From Promethearchaeota archaeon (GTDB lineage: Archaea; Asgardarchaeota; Lokiarchaeia; Sigyniarchaeales; SOKP01), in the NCBI GenBank assembly GCA_030603385.1, contig JAUVXW010000003.1, positions 96,001 to 160,000 on the forward strand: DNA of 64,000 nt, written 5' to 3'. This document shows positions 9,959 through 19,829 of this stretch, piece by piece. The translations under genes and the position numbers were made by a program. The first letter of the stretch is position 1, and every line of letters begins with the position of its first letter. The notes beneath the pieces were generated by a model, which was given only the letters and a program-made list of their open reading frames with translations, made no database searches and had not been told where the DNA came from.

Positions 9959-11722
9959 TTAATTATCATAAACTAAGGTCTCTGATTCTTTTTGTTCTAA
10001 TGCCTTCTTTTGCATCCAAACAGGGGGATTCACACACCAAATGTAATGTCCCTCTTCGATTGTTATTTTATGAGGCGTTTTACGCATACATTCTTTCGTT
10101 CTTGCATCTGAAATACACCGGGGATTAAAAGTACATCCTGAAGGAGGTGCAATTGGACTCGGAACCTCACCCTTAATAACAAACTTAATTTCTTTATCGC
10201 TAGGATCAAGCTCAGTTCTTGAAGCTAATAATGCTTGAGAATAAGGATGAGTAGTATTGGAAAATATTTGATCAGTCTCCCCAACCTCAACGAATTTGCC
10301 AAGATACATAACCGCAACTCTATCGGCAATGTGATTAACAACAGCTAAGTTGTGTGTTATAAATAAAAATCCGTAACCATAAGTTTTCTGCAACGCTTTT
10401 AACAAATTAAGAATTTGAGCTTGAACTGAAACATCTAGAGCGGATGTAGGCTCATCTAAAATTATTAATTCCGGATTACTTGCGAGGGCTCTCGCAATGA
10501 TAATTCTTTGTTTTTGACCACCTGAAAACTCATGAGGGAAGCGATCCATATGTTCTCGCTTTAAGGAAACTTCATCTAACAGTTTTAACACTCGTCTTCT
10601 AATTTCTTCTTTCTTGGTAATCCCTAATAAATTCCGCAGCGGTTCTGCTATGATATTAACAACTTTCATTCGAGGATTTAATGATGCATCAGGATCTTGA
10701 AAAACGATTTGAATTTTTTGTCTTAGAAATTTTGCATAATCATTAGGAATAGGTTCACCATTAAATATAATTTCACCTGCTTCTTTTGGAACTAATCCTA
10801 AAATAGCTTTCGCAATGGTAGTTTTTCCACAGCCACTTTCTCCTACTAAACCTACAGTTTCGCCAGTATTTATATTGAAAGTGACACCATCAACAGCTTT
10901 AACGGATCCAAACTGTCTTTTTAACATTCCTCCAATCAAAGGATAATAGACTTTTAAATTTCTTACTTCTAATAATTTTTGATTTTTTTCAAGAATATTG
11001 ATGTCTCTGTATTGATCGAAAGCTAAGTTGGATTGAGCTAAAATTTTTACGATAATGCTTACTATTATTGTGATTACTACCCCCCACACAAGATGAGTAA
11101 AAAAACCTTGGATGAAAGCTGCCTCTTTTAATTCAAATATGTGCGCCAAGTAATAGAATCCGGGTATTATCGTTATCATGATAATGGTATTTTTATTTGT
11201 TAGAAACTGGGCTTTATTTCCCCAATTTATGAAAAAACCATTAATACCAACTATAATCAACATTATTAAAAAAAGCGCCAAACCAGCTGAATATACATCG
11301 TCTTTTTCACTGGTGACCATAAGTCTTACTACATCATTAGTAATTCTCAATAAAAAACCCAAAGCATATAACATAGCCTGAAAACTAATGATAAGAATAG
11401 AAGATTCTATAAATTCTTTATTAGCTGATTTCGATACTATAATTGAGGATATCCCTATCGTTATCAAAATAACTATAAGATCAGAAATTATGGATAATGT
11501 AAATCCTGCTCCAAGAAAATAGAGAAATATGAATTTAAAAGAAATGTTAAGGAAAAACCAAATCAAATTCACAATGATTACAAAAGAATCATTCCAATCT
11601 TTTCTTTTCGCATATGCCTTTAAAAAAGACACCCCATAAAAAAGTACTAAAATAGAGATGAGAAATCCAATAACTAACTCAGATAAAAATAATCCCGTGG
11701 ATATATTTGATGGTATTTGCAT
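9959..11722 (-). CDS. oppF: Oligopeptide/dipeptide ABC ATPase (OppF/DppF type) fused to an N-terminal polytopic membrane domain
   Basis: GESGCGKT, FQDP, FSGGQKQR, ILDEPTSALD, THPY and C-terminal Cys cluster; first ~230 aa hold about 6-7 hydrophobic segments. Confidence 0.9.
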   Translation of the reverse strand: MQIPSNISTGLFLSELVIGFLISILVLFYGVSFLKAYAKRKDWNDSFVIIVNLIWFFLNISFKFIFLYFLGAGFTLSIISDLIVILITIGISSIIVSKSANKEFIESSILIISFQAMLYALGFLLRITNDVVRLMVTSEKDDVYSAGLALFLIMLIIVGINGFFINWGNKAQFLTNKNTIIMITIIPGFYYLAHIFELKEAAFIQGFFTHLVWGVVITIIVSIIVKILAQSNLAFDQYRDINILEKNQKLLEVRNLKVYYPLIGGMLKRQFGSVKAVDGVTFNINTGETVGLVGESGCGKTTIAKAILGLVPKEAGEIIFNGEPIPNDYAKFLRQKIQIVFQDPDASLNPRMKVVNIIAEPLRNLLGITKKEEIRRRVLKLLDEVSLKREHMDRFPHEFSGGQKQRIIIARALASNPELIILDEPTSALDVSVQAQILNLLKALQKTYGYGFLFITHNLAVVNHIADRVAVMYLGKFVEVGETDQIFSNTTHPYSQALLASRTELDPSDKEIKFVIKGEVPSPIAPPSGCTFNPRCISDARTKECMRKTPHKITIEEGHYIWCVNPPVWMQKKALEQKESETLVYDN

Positions 11723-11799
11723 ATTAAATCCTTTTTTTCATAATTTTTCAATGTTTATATATTAATATTTTATTTTTCATTTACTCATTTATCTAAGAA

Positions 11800-14727
11800 T
11801 TAATTTTCTGCTTCTTTTATTGAGATCTCAGCGATATCCTTGTATTCAGGGTCATAAAGATGGCACGCTACAAAATAATCTGGTTCGATTTCTATGCTTT
11901 TAGGGGCCTTTGAATCACATGGTTCAAAACAATATTGACATCGAGGATGAAACCTGCAACCTGAAGGGGGATAAATCAAATTCGGTACCATTCCTGGTAT
12001 TACATCAAGCAATTCCCTTTTCTTCCCTATAACTGGTACAGATGATATAAGTCCCCGTGTATATGGATGATAGGGTGTGATAAATAATTTTTCTATGTCA
12101 CCATATTCAACGATGAATCCACTATACATTACAGCTACGCGATCACACATTTTAGAAATAATTCCTAAATCATGAGTGATAAAAAGTATCGAGGTGTTAT
12201 ATTTTTTCTTGAGGTTTTTCATTAATTGTAATATCTGGTTTTGAATTGTGACATCTAGGGCCGTAGTAGGCTCATCAGCAATTAATAGTTTAGGACTACA
12301 AGCAAGACCCATTGCGATTTGAACACGTTGTCGCATTCCACCACTTAATTCATGTGGATATCTATCAAATATTATTCGTGGAACGGGTATATTTAAATCT
12401 TTTAATATTTTTCTACTCCATTTTCTCGCAATATCATAGATACTTGTATTTTTTTTAACTGCTTCAATTAACAACTCATCCTCCATATGAAGACGATAAA
12501 CTTCGGCGATTTGATCCCCAATTTTATATACAGGATTTAACGAGTTAAGGGGATCTTGAAAAATCATAGTGATTTTATTTCCTCGATATTTTAGAAACTC
12601 TTCTTCAGTTTTATGATGCAGATCTTCTCCCTTAAAATATACTCTCCCACTCTTAATTTCACCTGGAGGACGAACCAATCGAAGGATAGATAACGCAGTC
12701 ACAGATTTACCACATCCTGTTTCTCCAACAAGACCGAGAGTCTCACCTTCATATATCTTAAACGAAACACCTTCTACTGCTTTAACTACGCCTTCCACTG
12801 TATAAAAATAGGTTGTGAGATCTTGAACATCTAAGATAGCCTCTTTTCTCTCTACCATAGTGTCTTGAAGCTGACTTTCTTCATAAGGTTTAAAAGCAGC
12901 ACTGAATCTATCGCTCATTTTCTCAGTAGAATCTGGCATAATCTGGATCCTTAAGGAACCAAGAATTGAAATAATATATATACCTGAAGCGACTAATAAT
13001 GGAATCCGGAGATCTGTAAAGCTATAATGATAAGAAATAATAAGGGATTGGAATAAACCTAGTATAAGACTCACACCTACGGTAGCTAAGTATACAACAA
13101 TTAGAGCGATTATCACAAATTTAAAAGATTCGGAAAATTTTCGTTTATACACCTTTCGAACTATTAATGTACCAATAATAATATTACTAACTGATATGAG
13201 AAATTCAATATATAAAATTGGGATTAACATATCATATTCTGTTGGCCAAACATGATCTGCCCAAAAAACGGAAAAGATTCTAGAATATGAAAACCCAAAT
13301 TCTGAGAAGGCTATAAATATAGAAACTCTACTGGCTACACTAAAAAAGAATAAAACTAAAGCAACCCTAGCGGCTTTCTTTTTAACAAATGATGCATTTT
13401 TCATTGACGCATCCCACATTTTTATTGATGTAGCATACCACCATATAATCCTAATACCTAACGTAAACATCACAATCGAGAGAATGGTAATGAATGTTAT
13501 GTTTAAGATAAATATCTCATTAATCAAGATAAATATATATAAATAGATTACAAGAAATGGTACAACCCAAATCCAATACGTTATAAATCCTCCAAAAAAA
13601 GCAGCGTGTTGAAGTAGTATTTTTGATGCCCGTTTGTTGACAGGATTCATCTTATTAAATAGATATGTAATAGATAGATCTGCAACAACCGTAAAAAGAG
13701 CACTCATACCACTTAGAAAAAGTACTCCTACCAAAGTATTTGAACTTAGAAGTATTTTAAATATCGAAATTATTATTATCGGTAAGCCCCATATTAATCC
13801 TATGATAATCTTATTTGAAGTAGTATTGAATTTACTCTCTAATAATGAAACATCATCTATTGATTGAGATTTATCAAATTTCCTTAAAAAATATATATAA
13901 ATTTTAAGGGAAATCCCTTGCGGAAAACGACGATCTTTATCCCCACTAATATCCTCTTGATCTTCTGATAGAAGTTCTTTTTCATTTGTATCCTGTTTTC
14001 TATTAAACTTCTTTAATTCAGATTCTAACAATTCTTTAACTCTTTTTTCACTTTTTTCACTAGCGTCAGGCAACAGTTTGCTTTTCAGTAAATTAAAAAA
14101 GACAGTAATATATAATCCTGTTACTACAATAGTTAATACTCGAATATCTTGCATAATAATTTGATATCCAAGCCATTTATGTATATATACTTCAAATATA
14201 ACAAGCTGAATAAACCAAATACCAAATGCAATAAACGCTCCTCCGTACATAGAATTTTTAAGTACCATTTTTTCTATTCGTTTCTCATCCACCAAGGTTC
14301 TATTAATTATTGATGTAATAATGATGCAAATGAAAACTACTCCAAAACTCCATAATACACCTAAGCTGAATTTATCAGGATAATTAGGAAACGAAGGATC
14401 CCTCAGTGAAATTTGAAGTAGTGTAATTGAAAGAAAAATTGCTGAAAAAGCCCATGCTATTATCATTAAAAAAAAAATATATTTCTTGAAACTGTAATTT
14501 TGGGGTCTTTCTTCATTTAAAACCTGTGAATAACCAAATTTTCCCAAAAATGGTTTATGGAGAAAGAAAAAGATCGTTACCATTATAGCAAAGTATAATA
14601 CATCATTATTTAGAATCCTAAATATATACCCATACATCCCTAAGGTTTCAAATATCATTCTGATACCCAATATGATACCGAAAATAATTAAGCTGGTTAC
14701 CAATGAACTTAATTGATATATTCTCAC
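11800..14727 (-). CDS. oppD: Oligopeptide/dipeptide ABC ATPase (OppD/DppD type) fused to a ~620-aa polytopic membrane region
   Basis: GETGCGKS, LSGGMRQR, IADEPTTALD, HPYT, GCRFHPRC...VACH; ATPase domain starts at about aa 630; frame stays open upstream to 14865, so the true start may be near 14853. Confidence 0.9.
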   Translation of the reverse strand: MRIYQLSSLVTSLIIFGIILGIRMIFETLGMYGYIFRILNNDVLYFAIMVTIFFFLHKPFLGKFGYSQVLNEERPQNYSFKKYIFFLMIIAWAFSAIFLSITLLQISLRDPSFPNYPDKFSLGVLWSFGVVFICIIITSIINRTLVDEKRIEKMVLKNSMYGGAFIAFGIWFIQLVIFEVYIHKWLGYQIIMQDIRVLTIVVTGLYITVFFNLLKSKLLPDASEKSEKRVKELLESELKKFNRKQDTNEKELLSEDQEDISGDKDRRFPQGISLKIYIYFLRKFDKSQSIDDVSLLESKFNTTSNKIIIGLIWGLPIIIISIFKILLSSNTLVGVLFLSGMSALFTVVADLSITYLFNKMNPVNKRASKILLQHAAFFGGFITYWIWVVPFLVIYLYIFILINEIFILNITFITILSIVMFTLGIRIIWWYATSIKMWDASMKNASFVKKKAARVALVLFFFSVASRVSIFIAFSEFGFSYSRIFSVFWADHVWPTEYDMLIPILYIEFLISVSNIIIGTLIVRKVYKRKFSESFKFVIIALIVVYLATVGVSLILGLFQSLIISYHYSFTDLRIPLLVASGIYIISILGSLRIQIMPDSTEKMSDRFSAAFKPYEESQLQDTMVERKEAILDVQDLTTYFYTVEGVVKAVEGVSFKIYEGETLGLVGETGCGKSVTALSILRLVRPPGEIKSGRVYFKGEDLHHKTEEEFLKYRGNKITMIFQDPLNSLNPVYKIGDQIAEVYRLHMEDELLIEAVKKNTSIYDIARKWSRKILKDLNIPVPRIIFDRYPHELSGGMRQRVQIAMGLACSPKLLIADEPTTALDVTIQNQILQLMKNLKKKYNTSILFITHDLGIISKMCDRVAVMYSGFIVEYGDIEKLFITPYHPYTRGLISSVPVIGKKRELLDVIPGMVPNLIYPPSGCRFHPRCQYCFEPCDSKAPKSIEIEPDYFVACHLYDPEYKDIAEISIKEAEN

Positions 14728-14869
14728 TAATGATTCCCCTTTAAAAGAAAACTTTACAAGAAAAATTAAAATCAGTAATAATAGCAGTAGTGAAAATAGA
14801 GATTCAATTATAGCATATCCGTAATTACCAACTTGAAATGTTATTCCAATAATTTTTAATCCCTCTTAT

Positions 14870-15859
14870 TTATATATGTAATCGAGGATCTAAAGCATCC
14901 CTCAATCCATCACCTATTAACATAAACCCAATAGCTGTAATTGCAATAAAAAGCCCGGGCCAAAAAACTGCATAATATGCACCCCAATGACCCCTCCCAT
15001 AATTGATATCAGTGCCCCAATCTGCAAAAGATTCATCTCCTAATCCCAAGAAAGCAATGCCTACAAAACCTAAAATTGCACCTCCCATTGCTCCGAAGAA
15101 ACCAATGATGATAGGAGACATTGCATTTGGCAAAACATGTCTAAACATTACTTTAAATTTTTCCGCCCCACTAGTTATTGCAGCCTCGACATAGACATTC
15201 TGTTTTACTTGCAGCACTAGGGCTCTTACCCATCGAGTAGATCCTGGTATACTAAAAAGGCCGAAAAGTATCAGTATGTTATATAAACTATTACCAATGA
15301 GGGGTGCTACAATAATTACAAGAATTAATACAGGAAAAGAAAACCAAAAATCACAAAAACGCATTATTATTGAATCTATTTTTCCACCAAAATATGCAGA
15401 TATCGTCCCTACAGAAAGCCCTCCAAGGGTACCAATTATAACGGGTAAAGCCGCCGCTGTTAGTGCTGTTCTTGCGCCCCAAATTATTCTTCCAAGAATA
15501 TCAAATCCATATTCTGTTGTGCCTAATGGGTGTTCTGGCGAGGGGGGAAGGAATGGTGTCTCAGGGAGAAAATCGGGTGGTGTTAAATGATCTATTGTAA
15601 ATGTAGTTAACCAAGGAGCATACATACCCATAAAAGCAATGAATAAGATCATTACCATTCCAGCTATTGTCAAAGGCGTAAGTAGGCGTCTAAATAATTT
15701 CCTTTTAGATTTTATTTTCCCTATTTCAAATTCAGTAGCTTCAAATTCTGGATCCCGCCATCCAGGTACTAAGTAGAATTTTAACAATCTGGAGAACTTA
15801 TTCTTTTTGTCTGCTTGAGATTCATATCTTTTGGTTTCTTCTACAGAAATTTGCTTCAG
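14870..15859 (-). CDS. oppC: Oligopeptide ABC permease (OppC/DppC)
   Basis: PPSPEHPLGT..G.DI, EAA loop YVEAAITSGA, GDGLRDALDPR; ORF track starts at TTG 15787, but the frame is open to a CTG at 15859 behind an SD-like GGAAGTGA. Confidence 0.92.
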   Translation of the reverse strand: MKQISVEETKRYESQADKKNKFSRLLKFYLVPGWRDPEFEATEFEIGKIKSKRKLFRRLLTPLTIAGMVMILFIAFMGMYAPWLTTFTIDHLTPPDFLPETPFLPPSPEHPLGTTEYGFDILGRIIWGARTALTAAALPVIIGTLGGLSVGTISAYFGGKIDSIIMRFCDFWFSFPVLILVIIVAPLIGNSLYNILILFGLFSIPGSTRWVRALVLQVKQNVYVEAAITSGAEKFKVMFRHVLPNAMSPIIIGFFGAMGGAILGFVGIAFLGLGDESFADWGTDINYGRGHWGAYYAVFWPGLFIAITAIGFMLIGDGLRDALDPRLHI

Positions 15860-15883
15860 TTTTATTCACTTCCTTTATTTTTT

Positions 15884-16951
15884 TTAATACAAAATTCTTG
15901 GATCTATAATTGTATAGGCAACATCTGCAATGAGAGTTCCTGATATTATAATAATCGTTGAAAAAACAAGAAGTCCATTTATTACTAAATAGTCACCGCT
16001 TGTTATAGCTATCAGCATGGTGTATCCAAATCCAGTATAGTTAAATGTAACTTCTACATATAATGACCCTAATAGAGCTCCTGCGGTCCCTGCTATAACG
16101 AGATGACTGGTAGGGAGTATCGCATTTCGAAGAGCGTGTTTATTAATGACGTCTTTTTCCAAAACACCTTTAGCACGCGCAGTTCTAATATAATCCTGAT
16201 CCAGCACACCTAGCATACTAGATCGAGTCTGCCTCGTAATCCCAGATAAAGATACAAAAATCATACAAATTACTGGAAGAATTAAATGAACAAGTGTATC
16301 CCATAAATAAATCTGATCATTATACAAAATACTATCAATTAGTCTAAATCCTGTACCACTCCCTCCTGATGGAACCGGAGTATTCAATATCGGATTATTA
16401 GGTAATAACACCTCAATAAAAAATTTCTCATGGGTAAATGTCCTTAATTCAGAGCCAATAAATAATTGTAGCAGGGTGGCAATATAAAAGATTGGAAATC
16501 CTGCTCCAACGATTGCTATTCCTCTAATTAATGAATCTTTTGGCGTATCTTTATGTTTTGCAGAGGTAACCCCAAGTTTAATACCGATAATTGGTACTAT
16601 TATAATCGAAAATAGCATCAACTCTATCGTCTTTGGAAAAATCTGAGCAATTAATTCAATTACAGGTGTGTTTTCGGCTATAACAAACGATTCACCCCAA
16701 TCTCCAGCGAAAAACCTTCTAAGATATATACCGAGTTGTACATACCATGGATCGTAGAAACCAGATCTTCGCAATTCTGCTTCATATCTAGCACGGTCTA
16801 CCACAGTCCCAGGAATCTTATTCAATGCAGGATTAATAGACATCTGGTGAGATAAAATCCATGTAAATATCAATACTGCTATAAGAATAGGAAACATTAG
16901 TAAAATTCGTTTAATAACATATTTTATCATATTTCGGGCTTGACGAGTCAT
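15884..16951 (-). CDS. oppB: Oligopeptide ABC permease (OppB/DppB)
   Basis: KYVIKRIL, GDWGES, P.TIEL, QDYIRTARAKG, KHALRNA, IDPRI. Confidence 0.95.
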   Translation of the reverse strand: MTRQARNMIKYVIKRILLMFPILIAVLIFTWILSHQMSINPALNKIPGTVVDRARYEAELRRSGFYDPWYVQLGIYLRRFFAGDWGESFVIAENTPVIELIAQIFPKTIELMLFSIIIVPIIGIKLGVTSAKHKDTPKDSLIRGIAIVGAGFPIFYIATLLQLFIGSELRTFTHEKFFIEVLLPNNPILNTPVPSGGSGTGFRLIDSILYNDQIYLWDTLVHLILPVICMIFVSLSGITRQTRSSMLGVLDQDYIRTARAKGVLEKDVINKHALRNAILPTSHLVIAGTAGALLGSLYVEVTFNYTGFGYTMLIAITSGDYLVINGLLVFSTIIIISGTLIADVAYTIIDPRILY

Positions 16952-17128
16952 TTTTTTCCTCCTTTTTCATAAGTCATAATTTAAAAAGAAGTTAAGCTTT
17001 GAGCTTCTTTATTATATGTACTTCTTATTTTTAAAAAATATAAAATTAACATTTTTTTTTCTTATTTCTAAAGATTGAATTTAAAAAAAATTCACAATAT
17101 TTAATAATTACGATTTAATTTATGATAA

Positions 17129-17140
17129 TTACGTTCGTAA
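17129..17140. promoter_or_regulatory. Palindromic operator-like site TTACGTTCGTAA in the divergent oppB/oppA promoter
   Basis: Identical 12-mer at 21249-21260; lies just upstream of the BRE-TATA at 17153-17166. Confidence 0.6.
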
Positions 17141-17152
17141 TCCGTGTATTTT

Positions 17153-17166
17153 GAAAACTTTAAATA
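17153..17166 (+). promoter_or_regulatory. BRE-TATA promoter of oppA
   Basis: gaaaactttaaata, matching the archaeal purine-rich BRE plus TTTAAA box. Confidence 0.55.
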
Positions 17167-17266
17167 GTTAAATGTCGTAACCTTATATTATCTTTACGAA
17201 GTAAAGTAAATTTAGAAAAAATATCTACTTAAAACAAAAAAGGTAATACGATAAGGAGAAAAAAAA

Positions 17267-19747
17267 ATGAATAAATCTACAAAAAGTATAGCTTTTTTCT
17301 TATTATTATCGTCAATAATCCTTCCAATTCTTCCAACAATTACAGTAGCTCAAGAAGAGAACATCGTTTTTAAAGTGTCTGCTTCGGCATTGCCAGATGA
17401 ATGGGACCCCGTAGTTACAGATTGGTACAATGTAATATATGGATCATACGCGGTATTTGCGGTCCAGTATCCCATTGGAACACCTGCGTATTACACCGCT
17501 GGAACACTAGGTCCAATAGAGGATGAGTGGGTCGGAATACTCGCTACTGATTGGGAACTTGAACGTTGGCCATCCGAGGAAAATAGCGCAGATCCACCAT
17601 TTAATAACTCAGGTGGAATAAGAACAGCTACATTTACACTTCGAGAGAATGTGACATTCCACGATGGATCCGATTGGAACGCTACAGTATGGAAATGGAA
17701 TATCGATAGAATGAATATTATTTCCGGAAATTATACCGGTAAATGTCGAAACACAGATGATAATGAAGCTGAAGGAAATCTTATGAACACCATTATCGTA
17801 GAAGATTATAAAACCTATTTTACAGAAACATGGAATATGACAAAATTTGACTCTCCATATCTTGGACTTATTCCGCCTGATCTGGGAAAAGAACCTAAGG
17901 TTACCGATTATGCCTATTATAATCTTGGACCTAATGCGTCCCTTGTCGAATATCCCGGCGTCGATGATATTTTACCAAATAATACTATACGCAATCCTGC
18001 CCCTTATGGAGGCTGGGATTATGTATCGGCTGCTGCCATACATTATGCGCCTTATGATAGATATCCTATTGTAGACTACGTGGAGATCCTTGAAAACCCA
18101 AAATCAGGAGGAAAGATTAAGGTTTACTTTAACCACTGGACCACTTCTGGACTAGCTGGGTGGGTGAATATGCCTATGCTTTCATACCATTCATATAGAA
18201 ATAGTTACACCACTAGAGGTATTTACGGGTATGAAAACGGCGTTGATGATGACCGAAATGCTGGACCAGTCACTCACATGATTGGCACAGGTCCCTACAT
18301 TTATATAGAGCACGATGAAACAGGTACACCCGCAGGGGGTTATATGTTAAAAAATGAGAATTACTGGAATAAAACCCTTCTTGAAGCCGATGGTTGGTTT
18401 GATGTTGATAGATACGAAGTTATTAATTTCCCTACAGGTCAATTAGGAGAAGATTCTAAAAATACAGCCATGCTTACACATGCTATAGATTTTGCATACG
18501 ATTCCATGTATATGCCTTTAGATTATGATGCTGTGTTAAGAAACAAAAATATTAGGTATGAGTCTACTGGGGCTACAACATATAAAACGAATATCGTACT
18601 GAATAGCATCAATGAAACATGGTGGGCATGGCCTGGGTATGATGCTTGGAGGAAAGTTCAATATCCTCGTGCTGGTGATAAACCTGCTGGTGGTGTTCCT
18701 CGAGCAATGCGAAAAGCGATGGGTTATGCGTTTAATTATGATCTTATGATACATACTGCTTTAAATGATCGCGCAGTTCGAGGTGGTGGGGTGCTAGGTA
18801 GCCCCAATATATATTATAATGACAGTATTCCCTTGGCAGATTATAATGTAACGAAAGCACGAGAAATTCTGCTTACCACTGAGAGTGACATATCAGGAGA
18901 AGTTTATACTACCATAGATGTTAATAGTTCATATTGGCCCAATCCCGATCTTTATAATTTCAGTAAAATGTGTGCCGATAGAAGTTTGACCGCAAGTAGC
19001 TCGGATGCTGATTGGCGATATATTGCTGACAACAATCCAATATACACACTTAACTTTTATTGGGATTCTGCTCATGAAGATGTAAAGAGTGTACTTCTAA
19101 CTTCTCTTCGAAATATTGGGTGTACTTTAAAAGACAAAACTGGAGCTACAAATAGGGTTACCACTATAATTTGGGATACAGTCCGTATTGGTCATTTGAC
19201 CACATTTGATGGAATCTATAGTCTCTTTTCTTGTGGTGCGTGGGTAATGGACGAGGACTTATCTCATACATCCCCTGAGTTAAATCTCTTTTGGGCTCAT
19301 GTTGATCCCGATAAAGGGAGATGGCGAACTTTGGGCGGTGGAGGGATCACGAGTTGGCACTATTGGGGTAACTTCGGATTTAATTTTAATGAACGAGCTG
19401 ATTATTATAATGATCGTATGTGGACTTCCGATCCAATGGAAAGAAAAATCTGGATTAATAAATTAGCACACGTCGAGCAAACCGTTGTTTTCCCAAAAAT
19501 CTGGTGTTATGAAGCATTGGGCGGATGGGCTCTATGGAAAGACTGGGAATTTTTTACAGTAAAGAACACAGGAGGACATAATACGGGTCTCTTTGGAGGC
19601 ATTTCAATCAGTTTCTTGAGATATGTAGGTCTTCCAGAAGATTTCGCATTAATTCCCGGAGCTCCATTACTCGTTACATTGACCATTTCAGCAGTTTCGA
19701 CACTCGGTATAATATATGCGATAATGAGAAAGAAAAAACTCAAGTAG
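17267..19747 (+). CDS. oppA: Family 5 (Opp/Dpp) extracellular solute-binding protein with signal peptide and C-terminal membrane anchor
   Basis: Signal peptide MNKSTK..hydrophobic..TVA; LATDW, FTLRENVTFHDGS, IGTGPY, MRKAMGYAFNY; C-terminal IPGA + TM helix + RKKKLK (Loki-CTERM-like); SD aggaga upstream. Confidence 0.93.
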   Translation: MNKSTKSIAFFLLLSSIILPILPTITVAQEENIVFKVSASALPDEWDPVVTDWYNVIYGSYAVFAVQYPIGTPAYYTAGTLGPIEDEWVGILATDWELERWPSEENSADPPFNNSGGIRTATFTLRENVTFHDGSDWNATVWKWNIDRMNIISGNYTGKCRNTDDNEAEGNLMNTIIVEDYKTYFTETWNMTKFDSPYLGLIPPDLGKEPKVTDYAYYNLGPNASLVEYPGVDDILPNNTIRNPAPYGGWDYVSAAAIHYAPYDRYPIVDYVEILENPKSGGKIKVYFNHWTTSGLAGWVNMPMLSYHSYRNSYTTRGIYGYENGVDDDRNAGPVTHMIGTGPYIYIEHDETGTPAGGYMLKNENYWNKTLLEADGWFDVDRYEVINFPTGQLGEDSKNTAMLTHAIDFAYDSMYMPLDYDAVLRNKNIRYESTGATTYKTNIVLNSINETWWAWPGYDAWRKVQYPRAGDKPAGGVPRAMRKAMGYAFNYDLMIHTALNDRAVRGGGVLGSPNIYYNDSIPLADYNVTKAREILLTTESDISGEVYTTIDVNSSYWPNPDLYNFSKMCADRSLTASSSDADWRYIADNNPIYTLNFYWDSAHEDVKSVLLTSLRNIGCTLKDKTGATNRVTTIIWDTVRIGHLTTFDGIYSLFSCGAWVMDEDLSHTSPELNLFWAHVDPDKGRWRTLGGGGITSWHYWGNFGFNFNERADYYNDRMWTSDPMERKIWINKLAHVEQTVVFPKIWCYEALGGWALWKDWEFFTVKNTGGHNTGLFGGISISFLRYVGLPEDFALIPGAPLLVTLTISAVSTLGIIYAIMRKKKLK

Positions 19748-19774
19748 AATAGTAAATTTAAAGACTAAATAAAT

Positions 19775-19795
19775 CTTTTTTCTTTTTTTTTTTTA
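19775..19795 (+). terminator. Oligo-T terminator after oppA
   Basis: Two T runs (6 and 12 nt) about 30 nt after the stop codon. Confidence 0.5.
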
Positions 19796-19829
19796 ATGTC
19801 AAACAACACTCAACAGACAAAAATAAATA

